Below, in pieces: positions 1-9,734 of a stretch of DNA of 64,000 nt. Source of the DNA: Arenicellales bacterium. GTDB taxonomy: Bacteria > Pseudomonadota > Gammaproteobacteria > Arenicellales > JAJDZL01. Position numbers and translations under genes: made by a program. Location: the NCBI GenBank assembly GCA_965200425.1, contig CBDAUA010000004.1, positions 146,105-210,104 of the forward strand, given 5' to 3'. The notes beneath the pieces are model-generated. The model was not told the origin of the DNA and did not search any database. It saw nothing but the letters and a program-made list of their open reading frames with translations. Positions within the stretch are counted from its first letter, which is position 1, and each line of letters begins with the position of its first letter.

Positions 1-648
1 GTATTCATTCGCTCTGTGGCAGCGCGTGGACATCTCGGCGGCTTGACCTCAACAGCTCAAAACATAATTGACCTGTTCGATGCTGCAGGCTGGGACAAGA
101 TCCTTGTGGAGACAGTGGGGGCGGGGCAGTCCGAAATCGAAATCTCGGAAATAGCAGATACAGTAGTAGTGCTAGAATCGCCAGGACTCGGTGATGAGAT
201 TCAATCGATCAAAGCAGGTTTAGTTGAGGTTGCAGATTTCATCGTAGTGAATAAAGCCGATCTACCGAAGTCGGATTTAACGATGAGTTATATAAAAAGC
301 GCAATTGCCTTACGGCATTCGACGAAATCGCCTAAAGTGCTCAAGACTACTTCGACGACAGGTCAAGGAATTGATGAGTTGGTACAACAGGTGTGTGATC
401 ACATGGAGATCATCGACAAGTTTGAGCGTAATCGGTCAGCAAAATCCCAAAATAGAAAGTCCGTCGCGCGAATTTTGGGAGAAAGCGTTGAACGTGCATT
501 TCGTAGTTCGAGCGAAACAAAAATAGATGATATGACTCGATTGATTCAGTTGGGTGAGCTAGATCCCGACTTAATTGCCCAGCGAATTATTCGCTATATA
601 TCGGTAGAGCACCCGAAAATTACTGGATCCAAACCATCGCTTAACTGA
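1..648 (+). CDS. meaB: MeaB/ArgK-type G3E GTPase (methylmalonyl-CoA mutase accessory protein), C-terminal part; 5' end lies outside the window
   Basis: Frame 1 is open from base 1 (VFIRSVAARGHLGG...). ETVGAGQSE and VVNKAD (NKxD) motifs are typical of MeaB/ArgK. Confidence 0.85.
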   Translation, partial: VFIRSVAARGHLGGLTSTAQNIIDLFDAAGWDKILVETVGAGQSEIEISEIADTVVVLESPGLGDEIQSIKAGLVEVADFIVVNKADLPKSDLTMSYIKSAIALRHSTKSPKVLKTTSTTGQGIDELVQQVCDHMEIIDKFERNRSAKSQNRKSVARILGESVERAFRSSSETKIDDMTRLIQLGELDPDLIAQRIIRYISVEHPKITGSKPSLN

Positions 649-682
649 AAAAATTGAATCCGAGAATTACAGGTAATCGTAT

Positions 683-967
683 CTAACGATTGAAGATTCG
701 AGCCCCGGACTCTCGAATGATTTGCTTCGCTTTAAAGATGGCGTGTTGGCAAGCAGAGTCAAAGTCCGGATGAGTATCTGCACGGATAAAATAGTGTTCT
801 TGTCGTTCACCATTTTCTTGATCTTGGTAGATATACCCTGCGGTAACGTAAGTGTTACTTTGTTTCATCGGTGCAGGTTTTATCAGAAAACCTTCGTGTT
901 CCACCATTTCAACGTTCGGTTCTGCTTCTGGCTTATTCTTTCCGAGCAGTCGACTAAAGAATCCCAT
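683..967 (-). CDS. Small HlyU-like protein (PF10115-type family of unknown function)
   Basis: 94 aa. The pattern MGFFSRLLGK..EPxxVEHEGFxIKPAP...FIRADT...AxxKAKQIIxExGxRIF matches my memory of the proteobacterial 'transcriptional activator HlyU' family. Confidence 0.6.
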   Translation of the reverse strand: MGFFSRLLGKNKPEAEPNVEMVEHEGFLIKPAPMKQSNTYVTAGYIYQDQENGERQEHYFIRADTHPDFDSACQHAIFKAKQIIRESGARIFNR

Positions 968-1900
968 ATTATTACTAATTGTTGATGGTTAAAAAATTAT
1001 GATTTTTTCCAGTCGATAAATTGTCCTTGGTACCGAACAATATGTTTGAAATTTTAACAGACAAGGATTTCGCGCACATCCGATTTTGAAAGTCATTCCA
1101 GATCCATCCCTAGATAAGACATCAAATTTGAAATAAATCAGGAAATTTTACGCGCTGATCCGAGTGCTGGGATTTGAAGGCGATTTGTACTTGATAATTT
1201 CACAAAACATACATTTTTTGAAAACGATTTCCGATTGGGATGCATCTTCTTAGCACCTAAAAGCATCGATGGTACCTAGGGAATTTCATGACGCGCACGT
1301 TAGCCAGCTGTCGTAGTAAATTTTCGCAGCTGACGGTAAGTAACAAGATTATGCTAGATTTTGAAGTTGTAATCGAATCCGAGCTGTAGCCGGGTTGTTC
1401 AAATTAAGGTCTGTGCGCTTAACGAATACGGAGGTGTTATCGAGCAGCAAGGTATTAGGCGGTTGGATCAGTAATCATTGAGCACCAAGATATTAAGTCT
1501 TATTCGAACAAAAAGAACAATTCTTTTACTCCATTTTCGCTTCGATGACTTTCTAGGAGATGTTTTGGTGTGGCATCCTTGTATATTGTTGTAGATGTTG
1601 ACAGGACGCACGATAAGTTGTCAGATTTTAGGCTTGTTGGAAAGAGCTGACGACTTAGTCATCTTTCTGAAAACATATTTCGGGAAGTCTCAGAATTTAC
1701 GAAAATAATGAAGATTTATTTTGAAAAAAGACGCCAAGAAAATTTTTCAATTTCTACTTGATTCTACATACGAACGTCCAAAATGGTGGGTAAGGAACGG
1801 CAGTAAATTGAGTGTTCTATGAAATCAATTGACAAGATTTACAATTGATTGTCAAAGTGAGGAGTTAGCCTGTCATTTTGTGACTAATTGACTTGTTGAA

Positions 1901-2242
1901 TTACTGAGTTCTATCTTCCTTTTTCAGCGTGCCATATTCCCTAGTTAGGGTAGCAATAATTTGATCCTGTTGACGAGCCATAGTTGCAAGGTCAGTTTTC
2001 ATAGCACGGAAATCGGTTTTCAATGCACGGACATCAGTCACTAAAGTCGCAACATCAACTTTTAATGAGGTAATTTCAGATGTCAGTTTTTCTCCTACGT
2101 CGTCAATTCTTGTGGTCAGATTCCAGAAGGAACCAATCATCGCAGCAGTAAGAAAAAAGCAAAAACCAATTGCTGTCCTACTCAGCGTTACATGGACACT
2201 TAGCGTCCCTATAACTTTGGCTAGCTTTGACTGAGTATCCAA
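1901..2242 (-). CDS. Small membrane-anchored coiled-coil protein, tandem paralog A (4 heptads, TTG start)
   Basis: 113-aa ORF. The N-terminal 66 aa match copies B and C except for one residue. One TM segment (AIGFCFFLTAAMIGSFW) is followed by LKVDVAT-LVTDVRA-LKTDFRA-MKTDLAT. There is no in-frame ATG, only TTG. Confidence 0.55.
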   Translation of the reverse strand: MDTQSKLAKVIGTLSVHVTLSRTAIGFCFFLTAAMIGSFWNLTTRIDDVGEKLTSEITSLKVDVATLVTDVRALKTDFRAMKTDLATMARQQDQIIATLTREYGTLKKEDRTQ

Positions 2243-2319
2243 TTCTTCTCGGGTAGCGTGTTGGTGCTTGTCAAGGAGAGGATCTAACCTGTCATTTTGT
2301 GACCAATCGACTTGTTGAA

Positions 2320-2628
2320 TTACTGAATTCTATCTTCCTTTTTCAGCGTGCTTAGGATAGCAATAATTTGATCCTGTCGACTAGCCAAAGCCGCAACATC
2401 AGTCTTTAAAGCCGCAACATCAGTCTTTAAAGTCGCAACATCAACTTTTAATGAGGTAATTTCAGATGTCAGTTTTTCTCCTACGTCGTCAATTCTTGTG
2501 GTCAGATTCCAGAAGGAACCAATCATCGCAGCAGCAAGAAAAAAGCAAAAACCAATTGCTGTCCTACTCAGCGTTACATGGACACTTAGCGTCCCTATAA
2601 CTTTGGCTAGCTTTGACTGAGTATCCAA
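2320..2628 (-). CDS. Small membrane-anchored coiled-coil protein, tandem paralog B (3 heptads, TTG start)
   Basis: 102-aa ORF with the same N-terminus and TM segment. Heptads are LKVDVAT-LKTDVAA-LKTDVAA. The start codon is TTG. Confidence 0.55.
   Translation of the reverse strand: MDTQSKLAKVIGTLSVHVTLSRTAIGFCFFLAAAMIGSFWNLTTRIDDVGEKLTSEITSLKVDVATLKTDVAALKTDVAALASRQDQIIAILSTLKKEDRIQ
2389..2451 (-). repeat. 3 x 21-nt in-frame tandem repeat encoding the heptad LKTDVA(A/T)
   Basis: agccgcaacatcagtctttaa occurs twice, followed by agtcgcaacatcaacttttaa. Copy C has two units (2775-2816). Copy A has four more diverged units (about 1982-2065). Confidence 0.9.
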
Positions 2629-2705
2629 TTCTTCTCGGGTAGCGTGTTGGTGCTTGTCAAGGAGAGGAGTTAGCCTGTCATTTTGTGACCAATTGAATTG
2701 TTGAA

Positions 2706-3026
2706 TTACTGAATTCTATCTTCCTTTGTCAGCGTGCTTAGGATAGCAATAATTTGATCCTGTCGACTAGCCAAAGTCGCAACATCAGTCTTTAAAGTCG
2801 CAACATCAACTTTTAATGAAGTAATTTCAGATGTCAGTTTTTCTCCTACGTCGTCAATTCTTGTGGTCAGATTCCAGAAGGAACCAATCATCGCAGCAGC
2901 AAGAAAAAAGCAAAAACCAATTGCTGTCCTACTCAGCGTTACATGGACACTTAGCGTCCCTATAACTTTGGCTAGCTTTGACTGAGTATCCAATTCTTCT
3001 CGGGTAACATATTGGTGTTCATTCAT
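2706..3026 (-). CDS. Small membrane-anchored coiled-coil protein, tandem paralog C (2 heptads, ATG start, promoter-proximal)
   Basis: 106-aa ORF with an ATG start (MNEHQYVTREELDTQ...). A TATAAT lies about 20 nt upstream. Heptads are LKVDVAT-LKTDVAT. Confidence 0.7.
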   Translation of the reverse strand: MNEHQYVTREELDTQSKLAKVIGTLSVHVTLSRTAIGFCFFLAAAMIGSFWNLTTRIDDVGEKLTSEITSLKVDVATLKTDVATLASRQDQIIAILSTLTKEDRIQ

Positions 3027-3044
3027 GTCTATTTCTCTCTAGTC

Positions 3045-3050
3045 ATTATA
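3045..3050 (-). promoter_or_regulatory. Candidate -10 box (TATAAT on the minus strand) for the tandem array
   Basis: The reverse complement reads ...tggaatcatttatataaaatcTATAATgactagagagaaatagacATG. The -35 (TGGAAT) is weak. Confidence 0.3.
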
Positions 3051-4029
3051 GATTTTATATAAATGATTCCAGATGTGGGAAACGATGTTCCATTTACATT
3101 GCCCAGGTTCGAAACCAACGACAAGCTCAAAATTTGAATTGAGCGAATCAACGAGTGGAATAACAATAGAAGCCCACTAATTTCGATTCCGCATCAATAT
3201 CAAGTTCCGAGGGTAAGGGTTCAATAGCCTGCCTGTTAAACCCTTTGCGTGAGCGGAATTAACGAAAGGGCCCATATCATAACACTTGAAGGCATAGTTT
3301 GCCAAACTTTGATAACTAGATACTAAGTCGAAATAACTTTTGAATGCAAATATCAGTGAGAAAAACAGTACTTGCGATTCGAAAGCACACCTGGTCTTTT
3401 CCAAAGGGAATTTGCAACAGCCATTACATCGAAACTAGTTAACGAATTTCATTCCCCCGATGAATGCCGATTAAATGGCTGACGAAATCAACTCCAAAAC
3501 AACCGATCGAAAGAGACCGAAAATTAGAAATTCAGAGCCGAAAACCCATTTTCATCCCCTTTCCAGCGGTATTTTCATTGTTTTGCGAATTGTGAACAAG
3601 CAAAGTCAAGCAACTGGGCGTAGTGCTAACGAAATAGGGCTGAACTTACCGTGCTCATCGGCTTAGGCCACGGTGATTAAAGGTGAAAGCACTAGTATGT
3701 TAGATGCACACAGAAACCAAAGTGCTTCTGTTTTAGCTGAAAATCAAGTATTTGTTCCAACTGATAAGCCTCTCGATTTACAATTTATGCTACTCGGAAT
3801 TTCAAACTTTACTAGCAATCAATTACTCACCAACTCAGCTCTACAATCCGATCAATATCCTTCGAATCGCATAGTCCGAATTACTGAATGCGGTAGGAAA
3901 TAGGGTGTCGCGATATTCGAAAAGGATAAAATGTACATTTTGCTGAATTAAAATTCATGGAACGAATTCACCAGCCTAGGTCATTTACCGTCTCCATCTT
4001 AGCTGTACACCTTGATTCGTAAGAAAGTC

Positions 4030-4785
4030 ATGATATCGAAAAAAATTGTTGGAAATTGGAAAATGAATGGGAGTTACGACTTCGCTCGTACATTGACAAA
4101 ACAACTGTTGCAGGGTGCCAATAAATCCCAGTCAGCTGAGCTGGTCATTTGTCCGCCTTCGGTATACTTGCAGTTTGTAGCCAATATGATTGCCGATTCG
4201 AGCGCTATAGCGCTAGGGGCACAAAACACGAACGAACACTCGAGCGGTGCTTTTACTGGCGAAGTATCAACCTCGATGCTCAAGGAATTAGGATGCAAGT
4301 TTGTAATCACCGGTCACTCCGAAAGACGGCAGTATTATGGTGAAACGGATACTGAAGTAGCTCGAAAGACCTTGGCGGTAATCAATCAAGGCTTGATACC
4401 CATCGCCTGTGTCGGAGAAACACTGATCGAAAGACAAAATAACCAGGCTCGTGAGGTTATCCAAAGGCAGTTAGACTCAATTCTAGCATTGATACCGGTT
4501 GACAAGTTAGTGAGTCTTTGTGTCGCCTATGAACCAGTGTGGGCAATTGGAACCGGCCAGGTTGCCGCGCCAGAGCAAGCACAGGAAGTACACGACTGGA
4601 TTAGGCAGCGACTCGAGGCAAAAAATTCCACCGTTTCCGATTCTTGCCCCATCCTCTACGGCGGTAGTGTGAACGGTGCAAATGCAGCGAGTATTTTGCT
4701 ACAACCAGATATTGACGGATGCTTGATAGGAGGCGCATCCTTGAAGCCAGATGAATTCTTGAAAATATATAATGAAGCAGGATGA
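4030..4785 (+). CDS. tpiA: Triosephosphate isomerase
   Basis: MISKKIVGNWKMNG..., ITGHSERR and AYEPVWAIGTG motifs. I prefer the ATG at 4030 over the TTG at 4012. Confidence 0.95.
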   Translation: MISKKIVGNWKMNGSYDFARTLTKQLLQGANKSQSAELVICPPSVYLQFVANMIADSSAIALGAQNTNEHSSGAFTGEVSTSMLKELGCKFVITGHSERRQYYGETDTEVARKTLAVINQGLIPIACVGETLIERQNNQAREVIQRQLDSILALIPVDKLVSLCVAYEPVWAIGTGQVAAPEQAQEVHDWIRQRLEAKNSTVSDSCPILYGGSVNGANAASILLQPDIDGCLIGGASLKPDEFLKIYNEAG

Positions 4786-4801
4786 AGGAAATGTCTAAAC
4801 C

Positions 4802-5155
4802 ATGGAAATAATTACAAAGATTCTATTGGGTCTGTTTTTCGTAACTGCGATTAGTCTAATCGTTTTGATCTTGTTGCAGCGCGGGCGCGGTTCCGATTTG
4901 GGGGCTGTTTTTGGTGGTGGTTCACAATCAGTCTTCGGAAGTCGTGGATCTGCCAGTTTTCTCTCTAGAATAACCGCTGTACTCGCCACCGTTTTTTTTG
5001 GTATCGCTTTAAGTTTGGCCTATATCTACACAGGGTCTCGTACCCCACAAAGTATCACGGATACTATATTGGAGACAGTGTCTGAATCTGATTTGCCACA
5101 AATTGAATCTTCGGAAGAACAAGATTCCAGTGAATTACCCAAAGTACCAGAATAA
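4802..5155 (+). CDS. secG: Preprotein translocase subunit SecG
   Basis: 117 aa. LLQRGRGSDLGAVFGGGSQSVFGSRG is the SecG signature, and the gene sits between tpiA and tRNA-Leu. Confidence 0.93.
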   Translation: MEIITKILLGLFFVTAISLIVLILLQRGRGSDLGAVFGGGSQSVFGSRGSASFLSRITAVLATVFFGIALSLAYIYTGSRTPQSITDTILETVSESDLPQIESSEEQDSSELPKVPE

Positions 5156-5173
5156 TTCGAAATTTTTGTTTGT

Positions 5174-5257
5174 GCCGGAGTGGTGGAATGGAAGACACGC
5201 CGTCTTGAGGGGGCGGTGGCTTAGGCCGTGCCGGTTCGAGTCCGGCCTTCGGCACCA
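5174..5257 (+). tRNA. tRNA-Leu (anticodon GAG), with encoded CCA
   Basis: Folded by hand. Acceptor GCCGGAG/CTTCGGC with one G-U pair. Anticodon stem CCGTC/GGCGG with loop TTGAGGG. Long variable arm. T-arm GCCGG-TTCGAGT-CCGGC. Discriminator A plus CCA. Confidence 0.93.
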
Positions 5258-5293
5258 TAGTAATCAATTGCTATAAACCAACAGGGAATCGTA

Positions 5294-5650
5294 ATGCTAG
5301 CCAACTATGTTCCAGTCTTGATATTCATTTTGGTAGCGATGATATTCGGTGGCGCGATGCTGCTTGTTGGGCGAGTGCTAGGACCACATAATCCAAACTC
5401 GGAAAAATTATCTCCTTATGAATGCGGCTTTGAAGCATTTGAAGATAGTCGAATGAAATTTGATGTTCGATATTACTTGGTCGCGATCCTCTTCATCATT
5501 TTTGATTTAGAAATTGCTTTTCTCTTTCCCTGGGCAATTGCGTTGGACAGCGTGGGGCTGTTTGGATTCATTGCTATGATGATCTTTTTGGGAGTTTTGG
5601 TAATAGGATTTATTTACGAATGGATGAAAGGCGCACTTGAGTGGGAGTAA
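5294..5650 (+). CDS. nuoA: NADH-quinone oxidoreductase subunit A
   Basis: 118 aa. YECGF...[17 protein letters not shown] motif; first gene of the nuo operon. Confidence 0.95.
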   Translation: MLANYVPVLIFILVAMIFGGAMLLVGRVLGPHNPNSEKLSPYECGFEAFEDSRMKFDVRYYLVAILFIIFDLEIAFLFPWAIALDSVGLFGFIAMMIFLGVLVIGFIYEWMKGALEWE

Positions 5651-5653
5651 ACC

Positions 5654-6130
5654 ATGCCAATTGAAAATTTAATGCACCAAGGTGTCGCTACTACATCAAT
5701 CGATAAATTGGTGAATTGGGCAAGAACCGGTGCGATGTGGCCCATGACCTTTGGACTTGCTTGCTGCGCCGTCGAAATGATGCACGCCGGTGCAGCTCGC
5801 TATGATCTCGACCGATTCGGAATAATTTTTCGCCCCAGCCCTCGCCAATCCGATGTGATGATCGTTGCAGGTACCTTAGTGAACAAAATGGCACCTGCAT
5901 TGCGTAGAGTCTACGATCAAATGGCTGAACCACGTTGGGTAATTTCGATGGGTTCTTGTGCCAACGGTGGCGGTTACTATCATTATTCCTATTCGGTTGT
6001 TCGAGGTTGCGACCGAATCGTTCCCGTCGACGTCTATGTTCCGGGATGCCCGCCGACTGCTGAAGCTTTAGTCTACGGAATTTTGCAGTTGCAGAGAAAG
6101 ATCAAGCGAACACACACTATAGCGAAATGA
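5654..6130 (+). CDS. nuoB: NADH-quinone oxidoreductase subunit B
   Basis: [20 protein letters not shown] and GCPP motifs (N2 cluster ligands). Confidence 0.96.
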   Translation: MPIENLMHQGVATTSIDKLVNWARTGAMWPMTFGLACCAVEMMHAGAARYDLDRFGIIFRPSPRQSDVMIVAGTLVNKMAPALRRVYDQMAEPRWVISMGSCANGGGYYHYSYSVVRGCDRIVPVDVYVPGCPPTAEALVYGILQLQRKIKRTHTIAK

Positions 6131-6137
6131 CCTAGTT

Positions 6138-6749
6138 ATGTCATCACTCGCCCAACTTACAGACTCGGTTCAGAGTTTACTAGGGTCACAGCTTGAGTCA
6201 ATTGTCCAAGCAAGGAACGAGTTGACGGTTGAAGTCGACCGTAAAAATATCGTACCGGTTTGTATTAGCTTGAGAGACCATGAAGATACCAAATTTGAGC
6301 AAATGTGTGATCTTTGTGGGGTCGATTATTCGAAATATGGGTACGAAGATTCGGTAGGTCGCGCCTGGAGTGGGGCCCGTTATGCAGTGGTCTATCACTT
6401 ACTATCCGTCAGCCTCAATCATAGATTACGAGTAAAGACATTTCTTGATGACGAGTTTCCGACAGTCCAATCCGTCATCGAGGTTTGGCCCTGTGCCGAC
6501 TGGTTCGAACGCGAAGCATTCGATTTATTTGGCATCGTCTTTGAAGGTCATCCTGACCTACGTCGGATATTGACGGATTACGGTTTCATAGGGCATCCAT
6601 TTCGTAAGGATTTTCCATTGTCTGGTTATGTCGAAATGCGATACGATGCCGACAAAGGTCGTGTTGTATATGAACCCGTGACCATAGAGCCCCGTACTTT
6701 AGTCCCCCGCATAATACGAGAGGATAGCTTCGGTGACAGAGATTCGTAA
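6138..6749 (+). CDS. nuoC: NADH-quinone oxidoreductase subunit C (separate from D)
   Basis: [24 protein letters not shown] and [12 protein letters not shown] motifs. Confidence 0.95.
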   Translation: MSSLAQLTDSVQSLLGSQLESIVQARNELTVEVDRKNIVPVCISLRDHEDTKFEQMCDLCGVDYSKYGYEDSVGRAWSGARYAVVYHLLSVSLNHRLRVKTFLDDEFPTVQSVIEVWPCADWFEREAFDLFGIVFEGHPDLRRILTDYGFIGHPFRKDFPLSGYVEMRYDADKGRVVYEPVTIEPRTLVPRIIREDSFGDRDS

Positions 6750-7986
6750 CTACACCATGAATTTCGGCCCGCAGCATCCCGCCGCGCATGGGGTACTGCG
6801 ACTCGTCTTGGAAATGGATGGTGAAGTCATCGAACGCGTTGACCCGCATATTGGACTACTCCATCGAGCGACGGAAAAGTTAGCCGAATCCAAACCCTTT
6901 AACCAAAGCATTGGTTATATGGACCGCCTCGATTACGTTTCGATGATGTGCAATGAACATGCTTATGTACTGGCGATCGAAAAACTGTTGGGTGTTGTAC
7001 CGCCGATTCGAGCACAGTTTATTCGAGTGATGTTCGATGAGATTACGCGTATCTTGAACCACTTGCTATGGCTCGGCGCACATGGACTCGACATTGGTGC
7101 GATGACCGTCTTTTTGTACTGTTTTCGTGAACGTGAAGATCTCATGGACTGCTACGAGGCTGCGTCCGGAGCGCGCATGCATGCGACTTATTACCGACCC
7201 GGTGGCGTATATCGCGATTTACCTGATTCGATGCCCCAATATGCTCCATCAAAAAATCGTGGCAAACGAAAACTCGCCGAAATCAATAGGAATCGTCAAG
7301 GTTCGCTACTGGATTTCATTTGGGACTTTACCGACCGCTTTCCGAAACGGGTCGACGAATACGAAACACTGTTGTCAGATAATCGAATTTGGAAGCAACG
7401 AACGGTTGATATAGGAGTTGTATCCCCTGAGGAATGTCTAGCGAGAGGATTTACAGGCCCGATGCTACGAGGTTCTGGAGTCGAGTGGGACTTGAGAAAG
7501 AAACAACCATACGCAGTGTACGATCAGATGGATTTCGACATTCCCGTTGGCACCAACGGTGATTGTTATGACCGTTATCTGTGTCGTGTAGAAGAAATGC
7601 GTCAATCCAACAGAATCATTCGTCAATGCGTGAAATGGTTAAACGATAACCCCGGTCCAGTCATAATCGATGATGCAAAATTGATCGCTCCCAATCGGGA
7701 AACGATGAAGCGGGATATGGAGTCGCTCATTCATCACTTTAAGCTGTTCACCGAAGGTTATTGTGTACGAGAAGGAGAGGCTTACGCAGCAGTTGAAGCT
7801 CCTAAAGGTGAATTTGGAATTTATTTGATATCGGATGGTGCGAATAAACCGTATCGCTTAAAGATTAGAGCACCGGGTTTTGTTCATTTGTCCGCTTTAG
7901 ACCAAATGTGCAGAGGGCATATGTTGGCTGATGTCGTCGCAATTATCGGGACACAGGACATTGTATTTGGAGAAGTTGACCGCTAG
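6733..7986 (+). CDS. nuoD: NADH-quinone oxidoreductase subunit D
   Basis: GTG start. [24 protein letters not shown]...; C-terminus DIVFGEVDR. Overlaps nuoC by 17 nt. Confidence 0.96.
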   Translation: MTEIRNYTMNFGPQHPAAHGVLRLVLEMDGEVIERVDPHIGLLHRATEKLAESKPFNQSIGYMDRLDYVSMMCNEHAYVLAIEKLLGVVPPIRAQFIRVMFDEITRILNHLLWLGAHGLDIGAMTVFLYCFREREDLMDCYEAASGARMHATYYRPGGVYRDLPDSMPQYAPSKNRGKRKLAEINRNRQGSLLDFIWDFTDRFPKRVDEYETLLSDNRIWKQRTVDIGVVSPEECLARGFTGPMLRGSGVEWDLRKKQPYAVYDQMDFDIPVGTNGDCYDRYLCRVEEMRQSNRIIRQCVKWLNDNPGPVIIDDAKLIAPNRETMKRDMESLIHHFKLFTEGYCVREGEAYAAVEAPKGEFGIYLISDGANKPYRLKIRAPGFVHLSALDQMCRGHMLADVVAIIGTQDIVFGEVDR

Positions 7987-8456
7987 TGTTATCGATTCAG
8001 GCACAAGACGAAATTCGAAGTGAGATTAGAAAGTATCCAGCCGGTCATGCGCGGGCAGCAGTAATGGCAGCACTTCGAATCGCACAGCAAGAGCATGGCT
8101 GGGTGAATCGCGATGTCATGGAGTACATCGCGGATTTTCTGGAAATCGAACCGATCAAGGTAGCGGAAGTTGCTACCTTCTACACCATGTACGATCTAAA
8201 GCCAATTGGTCGTTACAAAATTAATCTTTGTACGAATATAACCTGTGCTTTAAGAGGGTCGGATACGATTACAAAATATCTGAACGAAAAATTGGGTATT
8301 GGCTTCGGAGAGACTACAAAAGACCAACTTTTTACATTGCAAGAAGTAGAATGTCTCGCGGCCTGTGATTGGGCGCCCGTTGCGCTAATCAATACGGATT
8401 ATTACGAGCACCTTACCCCGCAAAAAATAGACAAAATTTTAGACTCTCTGCCATGA
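7986..8456 (+). CDS. nuoE: NADH-quinone oxidoreductase subunit E
   Basis: [2Fe-2S] motifs [10 protein letters not shown] and [12 protein letters not shown]. Confidence 0.94.
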   Translation: MLSIQAQDEIRSEIRKYPAGHARAAVMAALRIAQQEHGWVNRDVMEYIADFLEIEPIKVAEVATFYTMYDLKPIGRYKINLCTNITCALRGSDTITKYLNEKLGIGFGETTKDQLFTLQEVECLAACDWAPVALINTDYYEHLTPQKIDKILDSLP

Positions 8457-9727
8457 CAGTTCAGGAAGTTCGAATTTGCTTGCCACAACCAGGGCTGAAA
8501 GAGTCTTGGACTCTAAAGGCCTACGAAAGTATTGGTGGATATGAACAATGGCGCAAAATTTTGGCAAATTCTACTCCACCTGTAGACATCATCAACGAAG
8601 TCAAGGCATCCGGACTCAGAGGCAGAGGCGGTGCTGGTTTTCCGACAGGACTGAAGTGGAGCTTTATGCCACGTCACGTACCTGGTCAAAAATATCTGGT
8701 TTGTAACTCGGATGAAGGTGAACCAGGCACATTCAAGGATCGAGACATTCATGTCTACAATCCCCACGCTCTTATTGAAGGAATGGCGATCGGAGGTTAT
8801 GCCATGGGTGCAACCATCGGCTACAACTACCTTCGAGGAGAATTTTTTAAACCATACGAGCGCTTCGAACAAGCTTTGGCGGAAGCTAGGCAGGCGGGAC
8901 TACTAGGCACGAATATCTTCGGTAGTGGTGTGGATTTTGATATTCATACTCATCTCGGTGCAGGAGCCTATATCTGTGGGGAAGAAACGGGTCTTTTAGA
9001 GTCATTGGAAGGTAAATCTGGTCAACCAAGATTCAAACCTCCTTTCCCAGCACAGTATGGTGCTTTCGGTCGACCAACTACGATCAATAACACTGAGACC
9101 TTAGCCAGTGTACCGCGAATTTTGCAAGAAGGCGCACAATGGTTCGTAAATCTAGGCCCGAAGAACAATGCAGGAACCAAAGTCTTTTCGGTGTCAGGAC
9201 ATGTTAAAAAGCCGGGAAATTATGAAATTCCTCTCGGTGTACCGTTTCGCGAGTTATTGGAGCTTGCAGGTGGGATGCTCGACGGTTCACGCTTGAAGGC
9301 CGTCATTCCAGGAGGGTCCTCCGTCCCAGTCTTGCCGGCCGAAATCATAATACAATCTAACATGGACTATGATTCCTTGCAGGCTGCTGGTTCTATGTTG
9401 GGTGCTGGATCCGTCATTATCATGGATCAAACTACTTGTATGGTGCAGGTGCTGGAACGAATCGCATATTTTTACTGGGAAGAATCCTGTGGGCAGTGTA
9501 CTCCTTGTCGCGAAGGTACGGGATGGCTCTACCGTCTAGTGAAAAAAATTCGTACAGGTCGTGCCCGAATGGAAGAAATCGATCAGCTATTAGATGTTGC
9601 CAATCGAATTGAGGGCAGAACAATTTGCGCTTTGGGGGACGCGGCAGCTTGGCCCGTACAGAGTTTTCTGAAGCACTTTCGACATGAATTCGAAGCCAAA
9701 ATTTTGGCTTCAAAACGAGCAGCATAA
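8453..9727 (+). CDS. nuoF: NADH-quinone oxidoreductase subunit F
   Basis: The ATG at 8453 forms an ATGA overlap with the nuoE stop. [16 protein letters not shown] (FMN), [19 protein letters not shown] and [12 protein letters not shown] motifs. Confidence 0.95.
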   Translation: MTVQEVRICLPQPGLKESWTLKAYESIGGYEQWRKILANSTPPVDIINEVKASGLRGRGGAGFPTGLKWSFMPRHVPGQKYLVCNSDEGEPGTFKDRDIHVYNPHALIEGMAIGGYAMGATIGYNYLRGEFFKPYERFEQALAEARQAGLLGTNIFGSGVDFDIHTHLGAGAYICGEETGLLESLEGKSGQPRFKPPFPAQYGAFGRPTTINNTETLASVPRILQEGAQWFVNLGPKNNAGTKVFSVSGHVKKPGNYEIPLGVPFRELLELAGGMLDGSRLKAVIPGGSSVPVLPAEIIIQSNMDYDSLQAAGSMLGAGSVIIMDQTTCMVQVLERIAYFYWEESCGQCTPCREGTGWLYRLVKKIRTGRARMEEIDQLLDVANRIEGRTICALGDAAAWPVQSFLKHFRHEFEAKILASKRAA

Positions 9728-9734
9728 ATAGACA

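Larger units (their letters stand above)
1848..3026 (-). repeat. Head-to-tail tandem array, three units of 419/386 bp plus a 5' leader stub of a fourth, each unit carrying one small ORF
   Basis: Near-identical blocks at 2066-2242, 2452-2628 and 2817-2993. The conserved 77-bp junctions are at 2243-2319 and 2629-2705, and a junction-like sequence recurs at 1848-1900. Confidence 0.9.

Noticed and set aside
2389-2451. Short regularly spaced 21-nt repeats that could be mistaken for a CRISPR-like or other non-coding repeat.
   Set aside because: The repeats are contiguous with no spacers, in frame, and encode coiled-coil heptads inside an ORF.
3090-3115. A GGTTCGAAACC string resembling a tRNA T-loop, which could have marked a tRNA fragment or att site upstream of the repeat array.
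   Set aside because: The flanking bases do not form a T-stem, an acceptor stem or any cloverleaf.
3177-3903. Three ORFs of 63-76 codons between the repeat array and tpiA.
   Set aside because: They have no recognisable motifs, TTG or poorly contexted starts, and an unremarkable composition. I kept them only as part of the ORF-free spacer observation.
8369-8452. A 28-codon N-terminal extension of the nuoF ORF ([10 protein letters not shown]...) overlapping nuoE.
   Set aside because: The conserved NuoF N-terminus starts at the ATG at 8453, which forms an ATGA overlap with the nuoE stop. The extension is simply nuoE read in another frame.
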